A stretch of 64,000 nucleotides of DNA from assembly GCF_009914755.1 (NCBI RefSeq), contig NC_060941.1. One strand, 5' to 3'. The stretch is from the human T2T-CHM13v2.0 reference genome, Homo sapiens. Below, piece by piece: positions 57,386-64,000 of this stretch. The notes beneath the pieces were generated by a model. The model ran no database searches. It was not told where the DNA came from and was given only the letters and a program-made list of their open reading frames with translations. Within the stretch, counting starts at the first letter, position 1, and each line of letters begins with the position of its first letter. Both the position numbers and the translations under genes were made by a program.

Positions 57386-60227
57386 TTGAGTATGTTGGTA
57401 GGGGTTCAAACATAACTTCTTGTGTATGTCTGAAACATTGGTAAAAATTCCTGGTCTAAATTTATTTTGTAGACTTAAAAAAAATGAAACGTTTTAAATA
57501 TGTGAAACTTACAGCTAAATGAGAGCTGATGCTTCATTTCCAGTTAATTTAAAAGTATTAAGAAATGATTGATATCTAGAATGGCAAAAAAAAAAGGTGT
57601 CAGGATGTATATACCTTTTAAAATTTCTTAGTACCCTTTTCTGGTTGTGGTGGATTTGTGGACAACATGTTTTTATTTAGGTGATTGGAGTCTTTAAGGT
57701 GGCAGTTAAAGAGCAATTACGAAGGGATAAGAATGGTATAATATATAAAACTGCTGTGACAAAATTAAAAGTTAAAGAAAGATTAAACATTATTTTGAGT
57801 GTATGACGGCTCTATGAACTACTTAACTGTAGCTCAGTTTGTCACCAACCTGGGTGTTTAAAAGATTAGACCAAGATCAAGACATTAGAAGTGGTTTTCA
57901 TAATGGATTTATAAGGTGACTTAGCATAACCAGGTGACGGTCTTTTGGGTGGGTCTTTCCATTGGAACATAAATGGGAATTCCTTTTTCAACAGGTTTTC
58001 TGTGTGTGTGTTTGTTTCTATAGAATTCTTGTGTATATAATGTAAAAAATACTGTTAGTCTTCGTAATGGGATTTTAGCCCAGATGCATATGCTAAACAA
58101 ACTCGCATAAGAGCTAAAGAAATTAATAAACAGAAAAGGAGTAAATTTAGCATTGAATGTTAAATATGTTAAGAGATTGTCTCTTTTAATGTAGTATGAT
58201 ACCACAGCATAGGTATATATTGACCTTGTGAAAAAGAAAAAGGCAGAAAACTGAGCTAGAAGTTCTTAGTCCAAGGTATTTAAAGGCATCTGAGAAGTTC
58301 TTGTATTTCTGGGCTGACAGGGTAACCAACAGGAGAGAAAGGAAACGAGTTGCATATAAAAATGAACTGTTTTCTTACTCAGCAAACTGAAAAATTATAG
58401 GTCAAATGTCTGACATTATCCCTAGTTCAATTTAGCCAACGTTTATTGAAGACTTAATGTGCTACTGTTCTAAACCCTGGCTGTATAAAGGAGAAAGAGG
58501 CATGAACCCTGTCCTCTGAGAAGGAAGGGCAAAGGCCTGCTGGCAAAGGGAGCATGCCGCATGGGAAGGACTGAATAGGAGAGGAGTTGCTCTGCAGAAT
58601 CCACTGTGTAGCCAACTTAGCAGCACCCATTTATTTTGCAAAGAGAAAAGTGTCTGTATTTTTGGTTGGATAACCAGGGACTGTAGTTTAGGGGCATGGA
58701 TTTTTCTTTGTGTTTCTTGTGACTGTCTCATTGTATTAATTTATTTGACTTTTTTGATGTGCAGTAATACTGAATTTATCAAATATTTATTGAGCACCTA
58801 CCTGATGCAATGTTCTACGGGGTTGGAGTGGAAAATACAAAGACTACGATATGGTCTCCTCCTTTTATCAATTCACAAATAAGTAGACAGATGGCATACG
58901 GTTGTAAAAGTATTCAGCTATAAGTACTGTAATCAAAGTAAAACCAGCATGCTTTGGGTGACATTGTTCCTTACTGTAACTTTCAGGGTCAGGCCAGTGT
59001 TATATCTCTTTTACAGATGAGGCATCTGAGAGAATAAATGAGTTGCTCCTGAATGAATTAGTGGCAGAACTGATGCAAACCCAGATTCTACAGTTTATTC
59101 TTGGCTTCTTATTAATACTTTTTTGTGTGCATGTCATTTGAAATGGTTAGTTAAAAAATAATAATGACAACTAACATTTGTTGACCATTTATGTGCCAGG
59201 CACTATGCTGTGAGTTTTGCATAATTATCTGATTTAATCCTTAAAAAATATGAGGATTCACATATTGCCATATGTGAGAAAACCAAGGCTGACGGATAAA
59301 TTCCTTAAGACCAACAACTATTAAGACTCAGACTAAAGTGGTCTAAAAGTTTTGGAGAGAAAGTGACTGCATGTTGGCAATGTAGTACACTAGTGTTTCA
59401 TGGTTTTTGAAATCTGAATTCTTTAAATGATAGGTTTGATTTCTAATAGATTGTGGAAATTTATTGTCACTCTATAGACATGAGAATCTCTGATACCAGC
59501 TAATGTTTTCATTGCTTTCTTTGTTGATTTCAAATAGATCAGAGGTTGGATTTATGCAAACTTGGGCCAAAGGACAGTTAGAAGACAGTAGGTAAGTGTG
59601 AATTTAAAGTTACATGAATTTTGGTTTCATTCAAACTGACCTAAAGTCTAAATACCTTTTAAATCAAAGTATGTTAACTGTAGCTTCATAGTGTTGGCCT
59701 GAATTAAATGAATCAGGTAAAATGTTACAGTGAATCCAGGATCCAGGTTAACTTAATTTTTAAAACTTTAATGTAAAAAAAAAGTGTCGTGAAGAACTGT
59801 TGATCCTTTAGGAAATAATTCTTTCAAAGTATCCTAACATAGTAGAGCACTGAGTTCAGACTTTATAGATGTTATTAAAGTTTACTGAAAATAATTCTCA
59901 AACTAGTTTTTTTAGTAAGAAGACAACATTCTATTGAACTTGTTTTAATGTTTAATGCTTTACAGCTTTAAAATCTATGCTAATTGAAAAAAACAGAATG
60001 AGCAATGGTAGTGTAACACTGGAAAAAGGGAGAAATTGTTACCTTACTCATGAGGCACTTAGTAGCCTTATATGTTATTTAGGTGTCTTGAATTGACCTG
60101 GAGGGAAAGGCTTCAGATAAAATTTGCTGAGACCTTTCCTAAGAATCGATAGAGATTTGATCAAGGTGCATAGTATGGAAGGACACTGTTCATCTTGGAG
60201 GCTTCTTGAATTAAAGAAGAAAAATGT

Positions 60228-60557
<330 letters not shown>

Positions 60558-60737
60558 TCATGATAAAGCAGAACTTAGAATAAGATTATTTTGTTATGAA
60601 CCCATCATAGAGGTTTTAAATACTGAAGGTACTTGAAGGACTTCATTTCACAAGGCAGTGAATTGGGTTCATGGAGAACTACCAGGGTAGCCACATAGCA
60701 AAGCCCTACTCTGGTTATCTTAGGGAAGTATCTACAC

Positions 60738-61225
60738 CAGCACTCCCCGACCTTTTTGGCACCAGGCACCGGTTTCACAGAAAACAGTTTTTCCATAGAC
60801 CAGGCTGGGGTGGAGTTGGTTTCAGGATGATTCAAATGCATTACATTTATTGTGCACTTTATTATTATTACATTGTAATATATAATGAACTAATTATACA
60901 ACTCACCATAATGTAGAATCAGTGGGAGCCCTGAGCTTGTTTTCCTGCAACTAGATGGTCCCATCTGTGGGTGATGGGAGACAGTCACAGATCATTAGGC
61001 GTTAGATTCTCATAAGGAGCAGGCAACCTAGATCCCTTGTGTGTGTGGTTCACAGTAGGGTTTGTGCTCCTATGAGAATCTAATGTCACCACTGATCTGA
61101 CAGGAGGCGGAGCTCAGGCGGTAATGCTTACTCACCCACTACTCACTCCTGCTGTGCGGCCTGGTTCCTAACAGACCCTGGACCAATACCCCATCCATCC
61201 ATGGCCTGGGAGTTGGGGATCCCTG
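60738..61225 (+). mobile_element. MER1A-like hAT-Charlie DNA transposon
   Basis: cag..tcccc / ggggatccctg termini; 8-bp TSD atctacac at 60730-60737 and 61226-61233. Confidence 0.9.
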
Positions 61226-61478
61226 ATCTACACTACAGCATTACTGATAATTCCTGTCATCCTTAGATTGAGAAGGAAGCAAAAACAAAAAAAATCTCAA
61301 AAATCAATTCAGTCATAACAGTACTTTCACATATAAGTGTTCCTTCTGTATTTGATTTATTATGTTACATAATGCTTGCCAACTACTGTCTAGTAGTAAC
61401 GAAATAGTTTTACTAGATGTGAATTTGCATTTATATAAATAGCAGACTTTGTTAGACATTAGAAATATACCTACTGGA

Positions 61479-62600
<1,122 letters not shown>

Positions 62601-63790
62601 GTAATTAATGATTTTTAAAGGATGAAGTATATAGATATATCACAACTTAATAATTAAAAATTTTTTTTGCTATTATAACATTGAAACTTGCAAACATTTT
62701 TGTACACTTCGCTTTATTTTTTAGAATCATTGCTGGTATGAAAAAAAAATCTCCCAAGTTGAGATAATTGATTCAAGGAGTACAAAGTTTTTTCCTTGTT
62801 TAAAACTGTGATGACCCAGCTACATTGGGAGGCTGAGGTGGGAGGATCATTTGAGCACGGGAAATCTACTGTATTGGCATCGTTATCACTTGGATGTGTA
62901 CTTTTTCTATGTATTTTTTTAAAAAATGAGATTATACTGAATTTTTAAAAACTGGTTTAAATTTATCATAAACATCTTTGTTTTTTTGGCCCATAAATAC
63001 ATTTCTATAGCATTGTTCCTTTTTTTTTCCTACTTTGCATTAAGGCTTGCAAAATCTATAGCATTTTTAATGTTGTGTGGTAGTCCATGGTGGGTATGTA
63101 ATTCATTTAACCAGTTAATAGCTCTGCTATTAACAGCATTCTGGAGATGTAAATTGAAGCCCATGAAATTCTTTAGTTTTGAATCTTACTATTATTCTAA
63201 ACAAAGCTAACGAGAAAATACATTGTTTCTACTGTGATTGTATTTTGATAAGCATTTCACTTATTTTATCTATTTAAAAACTGATGGATATAGTTGTCTA
63301 GCACAGTTTTCATAATAATGTTTTGTTTACATTTGCTGAGTAGGTGTTTGTAGTGTTCTGTCCTCTAAATGGGACTTAATGTAAAGGAGCTCTATGTTGA
63401 ACTGATCCTTCAAAATATTCACAGAACTGGAAGATTTCAGAATTTTGAGACCCTTCTTTGAATGAAGGGTCATTAGATGTAATAATACTTTTTGTACTAA
63501 CCTATTATTTAAGAAGTTGGATTATAGTCAAGTTTGACTGTACCTCTTTCTGTCTTTTGGGAGAGTTACTAGAATTAGAATTAAACAATACTGGAGCAGC
63601 AAAGAAGGACTTCAGTGAGATATCAATTAAGCTAACTTTCTCATTATTCAGATGGGGATTATCTAAACCTTGTTTGTTAAGTGTTTTGTTCAAGTTTACA
63701 GTGCTAAACTGGTTACTAGAGCTTGCTCTAGAATCCACATCTCTTGGTTCTTCATTTTTTGCGGTGGTTTTATACTACTCTGGATAATAG

Positions 63791-64000
<210 letters not shown>

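Overview
Eukaryotic primate DNA, most likely human. It is a mosaic segmental duplication that I recognise from memory as the 17q11.2 NF1-REPa region (TBC1D29P - KRT17P3 - SMURF2P1); this locus assignment was not verified by a search. No intact canonical gene is present. From left to right: (1) an unprocessed TBC1D3/USP6-family pseudogene on + (2.1-12 kb) with two CGA>TGA stops, a frameshift and an L1 inserted into an exon, which still yields a spliced 150-aa TBC1D29-type ORF ending in an antisense HERV-K LTR5; (2) an unprocessed KRT17 pseudogene on - (exons 1-7, no exon 8) and the 3' remnant of KRT42P; (3) a ~860-bp diverged, nearly spacer-less palindrome at 24.5-25.4 kb forming a mirror-image head-to-head promoter (paired CCAAT, TATA, first exon, splice donor), the most unusual structure in the window; (4) a TE-dense zone (27-48 kb) with a 5S pseudogene, LTR7, MLT2 and a five-element nested insertion (AluJ > LTR5 > MER11 > AluY, plus L1), each inserted element with a readable TSD; (5) a SMURF2 pseudogene on + with a retained CpG island and exons 1, 4 and 5 but no exons 2-3. 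Most short ORFs in the supplied track are spurious or repeat-derived.
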